Below are positions 52,309 to 64,000 of a DNA stretch of 64,000 nucleotides, piece after piece. A program made the position numbers and the translations under genes. The notes under the pieces were generated by a model, which worked only from the letters and a program-made list of their open reading frames with translations, was not told where the DNA came from and searched no databases. The stretch spans positions 55,800,001-55,864,000 of the forward strand of contig NC_043013.1 of the NCBI RefSeq assembly GCF_006345805.1. Direction: 5' to 3'. Numbering within the stretch: position 1 is the first letter of the stretch; each line of letters opens with the position of its first letter. This stretch comes from Octopus sinensis (lineage: Eukaryota).

Positions 52309-52564
52309 TTTTTATTATTATGAGAGTCAGCTGAAAAGGACTTATGTTGTGAAGCATTGTCCTGATGAAGGAGGACCACCTTCAATCGTTTTTCTCGGCA
52401 TTTGGTCTTGGTAACTCCATTTATTTATTTATATATATTATACAAAACATTTCACATCAACCAGGGTGTTATGTCCTTATTCTTGTGTGATTTTTTGCTA
52501 CCCTGATAACTGTTTATCTATTTTTTCCGTGTTAATTGTAAACAAGGGAAAAATACACACACCC

Positions 52565-52603
<39 letters not shown>

Positions 52604-52849
52604 AGAGTTATGGATGAAGTAGGAAAAATCCTGGCTACATATGTCTCATAGTGAGTGGAACCTCAGAAGTGGTAAACTCCAAGTGAAATGTATACTGCCA
52701 GCTACACTTCAGGCTAAGGATATCTTGATATTGAGAATTTCTTCACCAGGGAGAGAGAACTCAGAATGTTGGGCCTCCAGCTAGGCTTTTTGCAATAACC
52801 TTAAAGCCAGAAACTTTTAAGCACCCTCTTGTATCTATCTACCTGTCTG

Positions 52850-52908
<59 letters not shown>

Positions 52909-53194
52909 CTCTCTATATATATACATACACATATATATACATACACTCACGGAGTGGTTGGCGTTAGGAAGGGCATCCAGCTGTAGAAACATTGCCAGAT
53001 TAGACTGGAGCCTGGTGCAGCCTTCTGGCTTCCCAGAACCCCGGTCGAACCGTCCAACCCATGCTAGCATGGAGAACGGACGTTAAACGATGATGATGAT
53101 GATGATGATATATATACATATATGTATGTATATATATTTCTCTCTCTCTCTATATATATATATATACATATATAAAATATATATATATATATAC

Positions 53195-53280
<86 letters not shown>

Positions 53281-55914
53281 TCACAACTATCATAGATATT
53301 AACTAATTTTGGGAAAATTTTATGCTCACTTTATGTGCAAAAACTAAGTTTATATACACATATAAAAAAATATATTTTAAACATCATCATTGTAATGAAA
53401 ATCAGAAATTTAAGGCTCTTCTCATATATACCATATTTGCTATCATTAGTGCAGCTTCAATAAATAAGAATTGCAGATTGGGATGAAAATCTCTTTGAAT
53501 GAAGACATTAGTGGCATTTAACTACCGCTGTTGGTGACAGAATCATGAAAACATGAATGATATATTAAAGAATTTACCATTTTAATGCCAAGTAACAGAG
53601 TTTCGTACAGCTGTGAAGGTTATAAAAATAAATGTACTTCATTGGGAAAAAATAAAATCCAAAAACTAAAAGTGAGTTTTTGATTTTGTTGTAGCTATTT
53701 TACAAATTACTGCTGCGATTTTAATGTCAACTAACAGTAGATATTGCACCAAACAGGAACTGGAGAGACTCAGCATGTTTGTTTGTTTAATTTCTATTTT
53801 TCTTTGTTAGCATGGCTTGGATGGGAATTTATTTTCGGGCAGGTTTTTGCAGCTGGATGCTCATCCTCTCAACAACCCTTCATTGTTTTCCAGTTTATGG
53901 TTTCTAAATACATACAGCAAACTGTTATAATGTCAATAAGGAATGAAGACACCAGCACCAACACTTCACTTAAATGGTGGAAACAGTGACAAGGGAAATA
54001 TCAATATTTACATCTATTTGCACACACAAAGACACTTACACACACACACGTGCGTGCACACATGCACACACATATATAAATTCAGACATAAATTTGCAAA
54101 CACATGCACACACACACATACACATACACAAGCACAAACATATACACACACACACACACATATATATATACATTCAGACATAAACTTGCAAACACATGCA
54201 CACATGCACACACGCACATATATGTGTGTGTTATAAATGATGGACTTCACACAGTTTCCCTTTACCAAATACATTTACAAATCATTGAGTGACCCAGAGC
54301 GATAGAAGTGGACACTTGGCCAAGTTGTTGTTGTTGCTGTGCAGTAGGCCCGAACCTGAAACCATGTGGTTTCAAAGCAAACTTCTCAGCTGAATCTCCA
54401 AACCTGTACCAACCATATATCATCTATAACATCATCGTTGTCGTCGCCATTTGGCATCCACCTCCCATGCTGGCATGGGTTGGACAGGAGCTGGCCAGGC
54501 AGAAGACTGCACCAAACCCTTGTGTCTGTTTTAGCATGTTTTTTTTTACAGTGGATGCCCTTCCTAAGACCAATCATCATCAGTCACTATCGTGCAGTGG
54601 TGACACTACTGATGGATGGAGGAAGAAGGAAAGGCAGAAGTGGCCCTTTCACCATTTCCCACCCACTCTGCCCAGCATATAAATATATATCATCATCATC
54701 ATTGTTGTTTAACGTCTGTTTTCAATGCTGACATGGGTTGGACGGTTTGACTGAGGTCTAGAGAGCCAGTGGCTGCACCAGGCTCCAGTCTGATCTGGCA
54801 ATGTTTCAACAGGTGGAAGCCCTTCCTAACGCTAACCACTCTGAGAGTGTAGTGGGTGCTTTTTATGTGCCACCAACACAGGAGCTAGTCAGGCGGATCT
54901 GGTATTGGTCATGTTTGGATGGTGCTTATTACATGCCACTGGCACAAGAACCAGTCAGGGGGTACTGGCATTGACCACAATCGGTTGATACTTTTTACAT
55001 GCCACTGGCACAGGAGCCAGTCAGGTAAACCTGGCATCAACCATATTTGGATGGTGCTTTTTATGTGCCACCGACACGGAAGTCAGTCAGGGGGTACTGG
55101 CCACAGCTATGATATTGGTTTTACCTGACTCAACAGGTCTTCTCAAGCATAACATATCACCGAACGCATCAGGGGTACTCTTAACCAGGCTGGACATGTA
55201 TGGCTGCGATCTCACTTTAGTTGCTGGGTCTTCTCAATCACAGCATGTCTCCAAATGTCGAAGCCAATGGCGATTTTATTGAATAAATATACTCTTTAGT
55301 ATTTCAAGAATATTTTTATGCATATATATATATGCATGTATTTTTATGTATATGTAGATATATATGTATAATATGTGATGGCATGTGGCCTAGTGGTTAG
55401 GGTGTCTCACTCGGGATTACTAAATCAAAAGTTTGATTCCCAGACTGGGCAGTGTATTTTGTTCTTCCTTAAAAATACTTCATTTCACATTGCCCCAGTC
55501 CACTCATCTGGAAATGGGTCACCCTGCAATGGACTAGTCTTCTGATCAGAGGGGAATGTTAATCTGCTGGCCAGTGGAGTGGTATCATTCAAAAGCTAAA
55601 ATGATGCAAACGATGTGACCAGTGGCATCTAATAACATCCAATAGTTTGGTTGAAACCATCATACCATCTGCTATACGAGGTTACAGTTATCCTGTTGTA
55701 CAACCAGAAACACTTGGTATGGCTATGTTGTCCAGTTCCTATTGGTGTGACTTTTGCATTTGCTAGTCACAAATTCATGCTTACCAATGTCTAATGAAAT
55801 ATTCATGCAAAAACAATAAGCCATTTAATGCTCCTATTTGTTTTGGATTCCAAAAAACTTGTTTGTTCATCTGAATGACTGTTGATAAAACAACAATTCA
55901 TTCTGCTAGATATA

Positions 55915-56318
55915 TTCTTTTCTACTCTAAGCACTTTGTTCGAAGTTTTTTGGGGAGGGGGGGGCAGCCGATTAGAGCAATCCCAGTACCCAACTGGTAC
56001 TTAATTTATTGACCCTAAAGGATTAAAAGATAAAGTTGACCTTGGTGGAATTTGAACTCGGAACGTAAAGACAAAAGAAATACTTATTTCTTTACTACCC
56101 ACAAGGAGCCAAACAGAAGAGGGGACAAACAAGGACAGACAAACGGATTAAGTCGATTACATCAGCTCCAGTGCATAACTGGTACTTAATTTATCGACCC
56201 CGAAAGGATGAAAGGCAAAGTCGACCTCGGTGGAATTTGAACTCAGAACGTAATAGCAGATGAAATACGGCTACGCACTTTGCTTGGCATGCTAACGTTT
56301 CTGCCAGCTCACTGCCTT
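55915..56318 (-). mobile_element. Two adjacent family A SINEs
   Basis: 55915-56083 is a partial copy and 56085-56318 is near full length, matching 3674-3903. Confidence 0.75.
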
Positions 56319-56637
56319 ATTCTGTAATATATATTAAATATACAATTTTATGCTACATCTTTATTATATTACTGAAGTCTCTTCTTATTAATTTTAAGGT
56401 TTTGTCTTGTAAGTTTACTCTTTCTGGATAATGTAATACATATTTCATGTTTTTAATTTACAGTTATGTTTAACCTGATAACAGTCAATCCCAATATATT
56501 TGTGGAATAAAAAGATCCAATCCTAAAGTATGATTCAAAGCAATATTACTGTCACCTCAGTGCAACCAAAACCTTATGAGAACCTGATTTAGTAGGTGGA
56601 AAACTGAAAGAAGCCTGCTGTATATAATACATATCTA

Positions 56638-56854
56638 TAAGGAGATGCTGAAAAGTTCCTGGCTTTAAGGGCATTGCAAAAGGCCTGGTTGGAAGCCCAA
56701 TCTTCCAAGTTCTTTTACAGGGCTTAGAAAAACTGAAGGACCACTGCAATAAGTGTTTGAATTTGAGAGGGGAATATGTTTAATAAAATCATAATTAACT
56801 GATCCTCTTGTATTTCCTTTTACACAAAGACATGAACTTTTCAGTACTCCCTCA
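56638..56854 (+). mobile_element. mariner-derived MITE
   Basis: TA-flanked TIRs taaggagatgctgaaaagttcctggcttt / aaagacatgaacttttcagtactccctca; retains the transposase end LQGLEKLKDHCNKCLNLRGEYV*. Fragments also lie at ~33415-33560 and ~52755-52830 (-). Confidence 0.75.
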
Positions 56855-57063
56855 TATGAATATATATATATATATATATACCATATTTTAACATGTATAA
56901 GGAACCTTTTTTTGTGAAAAATTGTGAGTTTCTTATACATGGATAGTATTATAATCCCTTACAAAATCAAGTTTCCAAATTTTAAGCCCCAAAAGATTAG
57001 GGGGTTCCTTATGCTTGTAAAAATACAGTCTCACTCTCTCTTTCCATATATATATATATTGAT

Positions 57064-57385
57064 GTAAGGTTCATTCCAGAAGTATTGAGACTTTTTCAGA
57101 GAAGACATTTATTTCAAAGAATTACAAAACTTCCCTTCAGAGTGGGATCTACTGAGTTCAATGCAGTTTCTTGTAGTGCCCCAACCACTTTGTGAAGGCC
57201 CCGAGGACATCCTCCAAAGTGAACGTGTCCAGGACCCTTGTCATCACAGCCTCCATCTTCTCAATGTCTTCAAATCTATTGCCTCTGAAGTCCATCTTCA
57301 GCTTAGGGAACAAGCAAAAGTAACAGGGAGCAAGGTCTGGACGGTAGGGAGGGTGAGGGACAGTTTTCTTGCCCATTTCTGTTGT
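57064..57385 (-). mobile_element. mariner transposase C-terminal fragment with 3' TIR
   Basis: TVPHPPYRPDLAPCYFCLFPKLK matches the mariner PHPPYSPDLAPCDF motif. Confidence 0.8.
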
Positions 57386-58199
57386 TAGTTGTTAGTTACT
57401 CGAAGGAATTTTCGACAAGCATGGAAAAGTAGATGTTAGAATAATGAGGATATCTCATTTAGCTGTTCTGTTTTCCTAATTTCAGTCATTAGACTATGGC
57501 CATGCTGGGGCACCACCTTGAAGAATTTTAGTCAAATGATTTGACCCCTGCATATATTATTTTTTGTAAAGTCTGGTATAAATCTGTTGGTCTCTTTTCC
57601 TGAATTGCTAAGCTGCTCAACCAGAAGAAACTTGCCCAAAGAACAGCAGAAAGGGGTTCAAACTTGGAACCACATTCTTGCAAAACCAGCTTCTTAACCA
57701 TGCTGCAAATCATTGCTAAGTAAAATATTTCAGTATGAGTCTTAACACATTTAATGCAAGCACCATTAAAATGTTAACTTGAAATAATTATGCAAAACCT
57801 TCACCATATGTAAAATATTGCCAATAATAAATTCAATATATGAAACCTCATAAAAATCATTATTATGTATAATTAACAAACATTAGTTATTACGTCGATA
57901 AAATAAAACTACAGAGCAGTGATCTGATACTTGAAAATAGTTTGAGACAGAACAAATGTTACAAAGTGTGAACAGACATTCAAATAATAATTCTGTGAAT
58001 ATTTCCTGGTAATTTAAACAACACACAAGAAAACTTTGGTATGTAGTAAAATAGAATTAAGATAATGAAACACGCTAATATTATAAAACAGCCAAACACG
58101 TGATGTCAAAGATAATTCTCTGTTTTGTATCTTATGTATAATGTATACATGAATACATACATACACACAAACATACATGCATGCACACATGCATACATG

Positions 58200-59020
58200 C
58201 AGGGAGTTCTGGCTGAATTTCGCAACTTTTGTCTCCTTTTTTCAGGATATTTTGGTGAACTGTCAAAAGCATTGGAGAGTATTAAAGTTGAAGTTGAAGG
58301 AAAGTTAGTTGTCATGGAAGACTGGAGACAATCTGAATGTTGGAAAAGAGTTGTGTCATGGTGACTTGTGTCAGGTATCAAAATGTTGAAACCATGACTG
58401 CTGCTGCTCAATGCTCTGTAAACACTTTGAAGGCAGTATGAGACTATGAAGCCATAACTAGAAGAAGGGACACAGAAGGTGTTCTCATTGCATCTGTATG
58501 CTGAATTCATCCAATAAGTGTTGTACAGGTCCTTAGTTCCAATTCATATGGCTTTGAGAAGCTGCTGGGGTCTGTGGTTAAACCATAGCTGCATAAGTCT
58601 GCTGCTTGAAAGCTATATGTGTGTCAGCAGGGTTCGAGTCCTTAGCACACCTCTGGAAAAAGTCAGCAGTGGTTGTCAGAGAATTTCTATAACTTTACGG
58701 GACCCAATTATTTCAGGCTCCCTAATTTCTCTGATGGTAATCCCATGGATTACGATGTGTGGTGTGCAACTGAGAAGACACCAACCACTCTGTCTGAGCT
58801 GGTGACCAGGATCAAGGGGCTGTTCCAATATCTTCCCAGGAACACTGATTAATGCATGCACCAGGTTCTGGAGCTGCTTTGAGACCATGGTTGAAGCTAA
58901 GGGCAGCTACTTTGAGTCAGCTGTTATCTCCCAACCAAAATCTGATTGGTTTTTGGATGGCATATTGTGTTTTCTTTTCCATTTATGCAAACAATCAAAT
59001 TGAGCCAAGCGTTCTGAATA
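58200..59020 (+). mobile_element. Decayed Tc1/mariner (maT-like) element
   Basis: Starts cagggagttctggctgaattt. The internal PNFSDGNPMDYDVWCATE resembles WPPNSPDxNPMDYxVW. Confidence 0.5.
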
Positions 59021-59157
59021 TATACATACATACGTTCATATATACATATGTACATACATACATAAATACATATATTATCAATATGGACTTCAATGGCTAG
59101 GCTGCTATTTAGTGAGATATTTTTGGAGTTAGTTACAGGTTTACTTACTCTTTACTC

Positions 59158-59520
59158 TTTTACTTGCTTCAGTCATTTGACTGTGGCCATGCTGGAGCAC
59201 CACCTTTAGTCGAGCAAATCGACTAGTACTTATTGTATCATTCTCTTTTGCCAAACCGCTAGGTTACAGGGACGTAAAAACACCAGCATCGGTTGTCAAG
59301 CGATGCTGGGGAGACAAACACAGACACACAAACACATACATACACACACATATATACGACAGACCTCTTTCAGTTTCTGTCAACCAAATCCATTCACAAG
59401 GCTTTGGACGGCCTGAGGCTATAGTAGAAGACACTTGCCCAAGGTGCCATGCAGTGGGACTGAACTCGAAACCATGTGGTTGGTAAGCTAGCTACTTACC
59501 ACACAGCCAATCCTATGCCT
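59158..59520 (-). mobile_element. tRNA-derived CORE-like SINE family B (full length)
   Basis: Close paralog of 23757-24151. Confidence 0.8.
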
Positions 59521-60438
59521 GTATTTATGTATATATGTTTGTACTTATTAAATTTATTTACTAATACTATTTTAGTACACAGGGTAAATGTGTTTCTTTG
59601 TTGTAGTTTAATTGATAATGTTAGTGTTTAATCCTTCCTAGAATTGAGAAAGAATGAATGTGGTGATGTCTAAGGTATGTTCCCAAACAACGCTTATTTA
59701 TTTTAGTGCTGTTGACACCACCAGATTGAATGGTACCGCCCAGGTGTCAAAACCATAATGATATCCGTAGGGCAGCTGATGATGGAGGTATGTTGGATTG
59801 TGGGTATGGCTGGTATTGTATGTTGGAATAGTTTTTTAACACATACATTTGATATATATGTTCTTTTATTATTTTTTTTCATGTGTTTCAGTTATTTGAC
59901 TGTGGCCTTGCCTTGAAGAATTTTAGTCAAGCAAATTGACAGAAGTTCTTTTTAAAGCCAGGTACTTATTTTACCAGTCTCTTTGCCAAATTGCTAAGTT
60001 ATGTCATCATCTGTTTTCCATGCTGGCCTGGATACCAACAATATATCAGAGAAGAGAGGATAAAGGAATAAGCAATTATTTTATGAACTTGATTGGGTTA
60101 TTAACTGTTTCCACAATAAGAAAGAATAGATCTGTTCCCTCTTTTTCTACATCTGCATATACCCAGCATTATACATGTCCAAGAATTAATCTTATTCTAA
60201 TTGTAGGAGGACACCCTGGATCTCTTCCCCCACAGATTTGCTTTTTCATTGCTAATGCAATCTTGTATATATACTTAAATGTTTTGGTCTTTCCACATAA
60301 TTTGCACTTCATGTGTGAGGCTCTGATGAAACTGTAAAGTGTTACTCAGTCACACAAGTATGAATCCACCACATCTTATAGCTGCTTTTGCCTTTCATCC
60401 TTATGGGATCAATTATATACATATGTGTGTGTGTGTAT

Positions 60439-60488
<50 letters not shown>

Positions 60489-60585
60489 ATCCAAACATGA
60501 AAACAAAAAGAGAAAACACAACAACGCGAGGATATGGAACAAGTATAGTGTTATTGGATGCTCAGGAAAGAAGGAAAGAAGGAGG

Positions 60586-60620
60586 GTTTAATGTTTTGAG
60601 CAGAGCTCTTCTTCAGAAAC
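60586..60620 (-). ncRNA. Minimal hammerhead-like motif, CpG-decayed
   Basis: Minus: guuu CUGAAGA a gagc-ucu-gcuc AAAAC AUU aaac. It is consistent with cGAAACgUU after two CpG>CpA transitions and lies in a (TA)n-flanked element at 60483-60697. Confidence 0.45.
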
Positions 60621-60796
60621 ATTGAAAAAGGAAAGATCCAAGGAGGGAGGATGGAAGAAAAAAATTGCCAATGATACACACGCGGTCAAATTTTGAATAT
60701 ATATATATAGCAAATGAAAGACAGAAGATACGAGACTTTATTATTAATCATGACAATTGTTTTCCCACATCCATCATCGATTCATCTTGGGTGGGA

Positions 60797-60852
60797 CACT
60801 CAACAACTGTTTCAGGAGCATCCGGTGATGCAGATGTATCTCGTCAGGTGAT
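60797..60852 (-). ncRNA. Type I hammerhead-like motif
   Basis: Minus: ucac CUGACGA gaua-caucug-caucac-cggaug-cuccu GAAA caguug UU gagug. The core is intact but stem I is weak. Confidence 0.5.
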
Positions 60853-61263
60853 AAATAAATACAACTTGTTAAAATAGCTGTTCCGCAATGTGGATGTGTT
60901 GGGCAGTAAACTACACCGACTTTTATGCTTGTTTTGCAGAATTGTATTGGCCTTGACTTTTCCTATTTTCATGTGTGCCTCCCAGTTTTATGAGTTTATT
61001 TTTACAGTTTTGAAGGGCCCTCAATTAATTTATGATAATCGATTAGGAAATTACCGATAATAAATTATGGTTAACTGTTATCATTTTATGTTCTGTAATG
61101 CCCAGTATTTTTACTTTTTACTTCTTGCTCAAGAACACAATATGCAACCTGGTCCGGGATTCGAACTTATAACTGCACGATTGTAAGCTCAATCCTCTGA
61201 CCACTGAGCCATGCGCCTTCACACACACACACATATAAATATATATATATATATATTTGTATG

Positions 61264-61309
<46 letters not shown>

Positions 61310-61553
61310 CATATATATATAAACACATCATACATAAATATATGTATAGATATGTATGACACATTTCCACATAATTTGACAACCGAATTCCATTTATTAG
61401 GCATTGGCCAACCAATGCTTACTGTAAACAAGACTTCATTCTTCAATTGGTTCACAGTGGTATTGATCCCAGAACCCCATTGTTTCAATGCAATTTCCTT
61501 AAGTACAAACCCGTATCTTCACCCAGTCGATATTCTCATTTAACTTTTAGACA

Positions 61554-61835
61554 CTATTTCACATATTGTCTCTGTACAACCAAATTAGGATAATTTATAA
61601 AATCCAGCTCAACTTTCTCATTGTTTTTTGTCAAAGAACAGTAAAACCTTGCAGTACGAGTTCCCCATTTTATGAGTAATTTGCTGTATGAGCCGAGACT
61701 CGTGTGAATTTTTGTCTTCAAGTACAAGCAGAAATCCGCAGTACGACCACACAAATCACCCCATCTTTCAGGTAATTCAGTTAATAAAACCAGTTTACAT
61801 ATTTCTTTTGAATTCTCTTTTTTCGTAATTGTCAT
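61554..61835 (-). CDS. Candidate coding segment (93-aa non-repetitive ORF), unknown product
   Basis: Open frame in non-repeat, CpG-containing sequence with protein-like composition; no recognised homology. Confidence 0.2.
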   Translation of the reverse strand: MTITKKENSKEICKLVLLTELPERWGDLCGRTADFCLYLKTKIHTSLGSYSKLLIKWGTRTARFYCSLTKNNEKVELDFINYPNLVVQRQYVK

Positions 61836-62038
61836 TTTACTTGTAACTACACTTTTTTTGTTTTAATTATTTTTTGAGTGGTTTTTTCTGGGCTGGAATG
61901 GATTAATTGTATTTTAGTTAATTTCAATGTGGAAAAAGATTTTTAAAATGAGTAAAACGTAAAATGAGTTCAGTCATGGAATGAATTGAACTCATACTGC
62001 GACGTATCACTGTATTTAAAAATATCTCATATATTTTA

Positions 62039-62296
62039 TTTCGTTTTTATATTTGGTTTGCAAGATTCTTTATATGAGTTCGTGTGTTAAAGCATATTCT
62101 ATTGTGTCTGGGGAGAGTCCTTTTCTTTTTGTGCCTTATAATGTAACACAGTCACCAAGAGAGTCAAAACTAGTTAAGGTTGCAAAATGCAATGAAAATT
62201 TTAGGAAAATAAAAATAAGAAAAAAGTGGATATTTTACTGGTGAGTTTGTTACATTATAAGACACAAAAAGCAAATGACTCTCCCCAGACACAACA
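62039..62296. mobile_element. Second copy of the hairpin element, with 12-bp direct repeat tcatatatttta
   Basis: Same arms (tgtgtctggggagagtc… / …gactctccccagacaca). The direct repeat lies at 62027-62038 and 62297-62308. Confidence 0.8.
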
Positions 62297-62425
62297 TCAT
62301 ATATTTTAAGATTCTTCAAAATTGAAAAGAAACACATTTAGAACAGATTCAGACGTTATGCATCTCCTTTTACTTATCCTCAACATTTTAATATTCATAG
62401 TCCTATCAGTCATCAGTTTTCAACA

Positions 62426-62467
<42 letters not shown>

Positions 62468-64000
62468 TCTCTTTCTTTTACCCTTTGCTTTTCTTCTTCC
62501 TCCGCCCCCCTCTCTCTATCTGTCTTGTTGGTGATTCACTCTCTCGCTAAGCATCAATAAATGGAACAATGATTCACTTTGACCAAAGGAATATAACAAG
62601 TAAATTGAGTGTTAAGAGTTTGGGGATGAAACAGTGAGCAGAATAAGCCGTTGAGATTTTGGATATTGCTAGGTTTAATGAGGAAGTCTATATTGGGATG
62701 GGGTAGTGGAGTGTGGGTGGGGTTTGTAGTTGTGTTTGGAGAGGAAATATCTGGAGAAAGAAGAAAGATCTGAAGAGTGTTACGTCCCCTCTAGGAGCAA
62801 AGACTGACTGCAGCTTCTGAAATTTCTTATGATTCATATCCCTTGTTGTTGTTTCTATGCAAATTATTTAGCCCTAGGCCAAACCCTGCTCAAACAGATC
62901 AATGATGAAAAGATATACAAGCTGTGATCATTGCTTTTTCTTTCTAAGGTTTTCATAGAATTACATTACTTAACATAGTAGGGTATCATTTTATTTTATG
63001 GAATTTGGTTGCTATTTCTAGCAAGGTGACCAACTATAAGGTTCTGTCTTTCTATGCTTCTGGTGGAAGTAGTAAACAGGGATCTTTTGAATCAGTTGGG
63101 TTTACTTGAAGAACAAGGATAGGATTCTCTCCTCTCCTGAACTAATATGCCAGGTCAGGTTAGGCATGGGGACATGCGTTGTTGCTGTACATTGCTGCAG
63201 TCAACATTAGTCAGTATTTGCTGGGATCATCCCAGGCAATCCTCTGAGCAGTGTCCCAGTTAGTCCCCTGGTCTGGGAATTACCACTTCATCAGCTGCGA
63301 TCATATGACATGTGATCATGTGACAGTTGTGACATGTGGCCTATCTCCTTAGCCAGATCCTCAGAGCTTTCTCCTTGTTGTGTGATTGGTATTAATTAAA
63401 TATTACCAAATTCACTGCCCCAAATGTAAGTTTTAATAAAATAAAAATCTTTCTTTGCCTGAGAATGGGAATGTCTGGCAAAAGAGCTGAGAATATTAGC
63501 AGCTGACAGATTATTGGATTTGAAATGCTGCCGAGGAAGAGTAAAGTGTTATGTCAAAGGGTGGTAGAGAGATAGCAGTGATAAACAAAATATTATTGAT
63601 GAAGAAAAGAGAAAGTGTCAATGAGATAATAGACTTTATTTTAGTTTACTCCAACAAGTTGAGTTAAGTAGATAATGATATCAAAGTAAATGACAGGGAA
63701 TAAACTAGCTTTTGTTGATACAAAGCTCCAAAAAGAAGCCAAGATGGCAGCTAAATTATGACAAACAAAAGAACTCTAACAAAAGACAAGTGACGCTTTT
63801 AGATTTGATATTTATCACCTTATGAATTTTTCATAACTTTAAATGCCAAATCATTTCCAAAACCAAGAAATTAGAATAAATTTGCTGTAGTCCACTTTTC
63901 TTTGCAGTAATTCTTTTACCATATTTCCTGTCTGTCATATTTCTAGTCCACACTAACATTCTTTTCGCCTCCAGGAATTTCATGGATACAAACAATAGAA

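Overview
AT-rich, microsatellite-dense eukaryotic DNA whose SINE and repeat content resembles an octopus/coleoid cephalopod genome (an inference from family resemblance). It looks intronic or intergenic. No intact protein-coding gene is recognisable, and nearly all ORFs in the track are microsatellite or repeat artefacts; only a few weak minus-strand exon candidates remain. The window contains tRNA-derived SINEs, RTE-LINE 3' ends carrying a ~62-bp minisatellite, decayed Tc1/mariner elements, a Chapaev-type transposon, an R4/Dong-like RLE retroelement split by a mariner, and several fold-back elements. The most striking signal is a set of non-coding elements sitting in or next to (TA)n tracts that carry type I hammerhead ribozyme (HHR) motifs. 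These include a young array at 16202-18451 (one inverted partial copy plus ~3.2 tandem ~557-bp units, four HHRs), Penelope-pLTR/retrozyme-like in layout, and at least six other diverged HHR variants, several with unusually long stem II. A second notable item is a hairpin element present twice (37789-38091 and 62039-62296), each copy flanked by its own 12-bp target-site duplication. All alignments, foldings and mismatch counts were done by eye.
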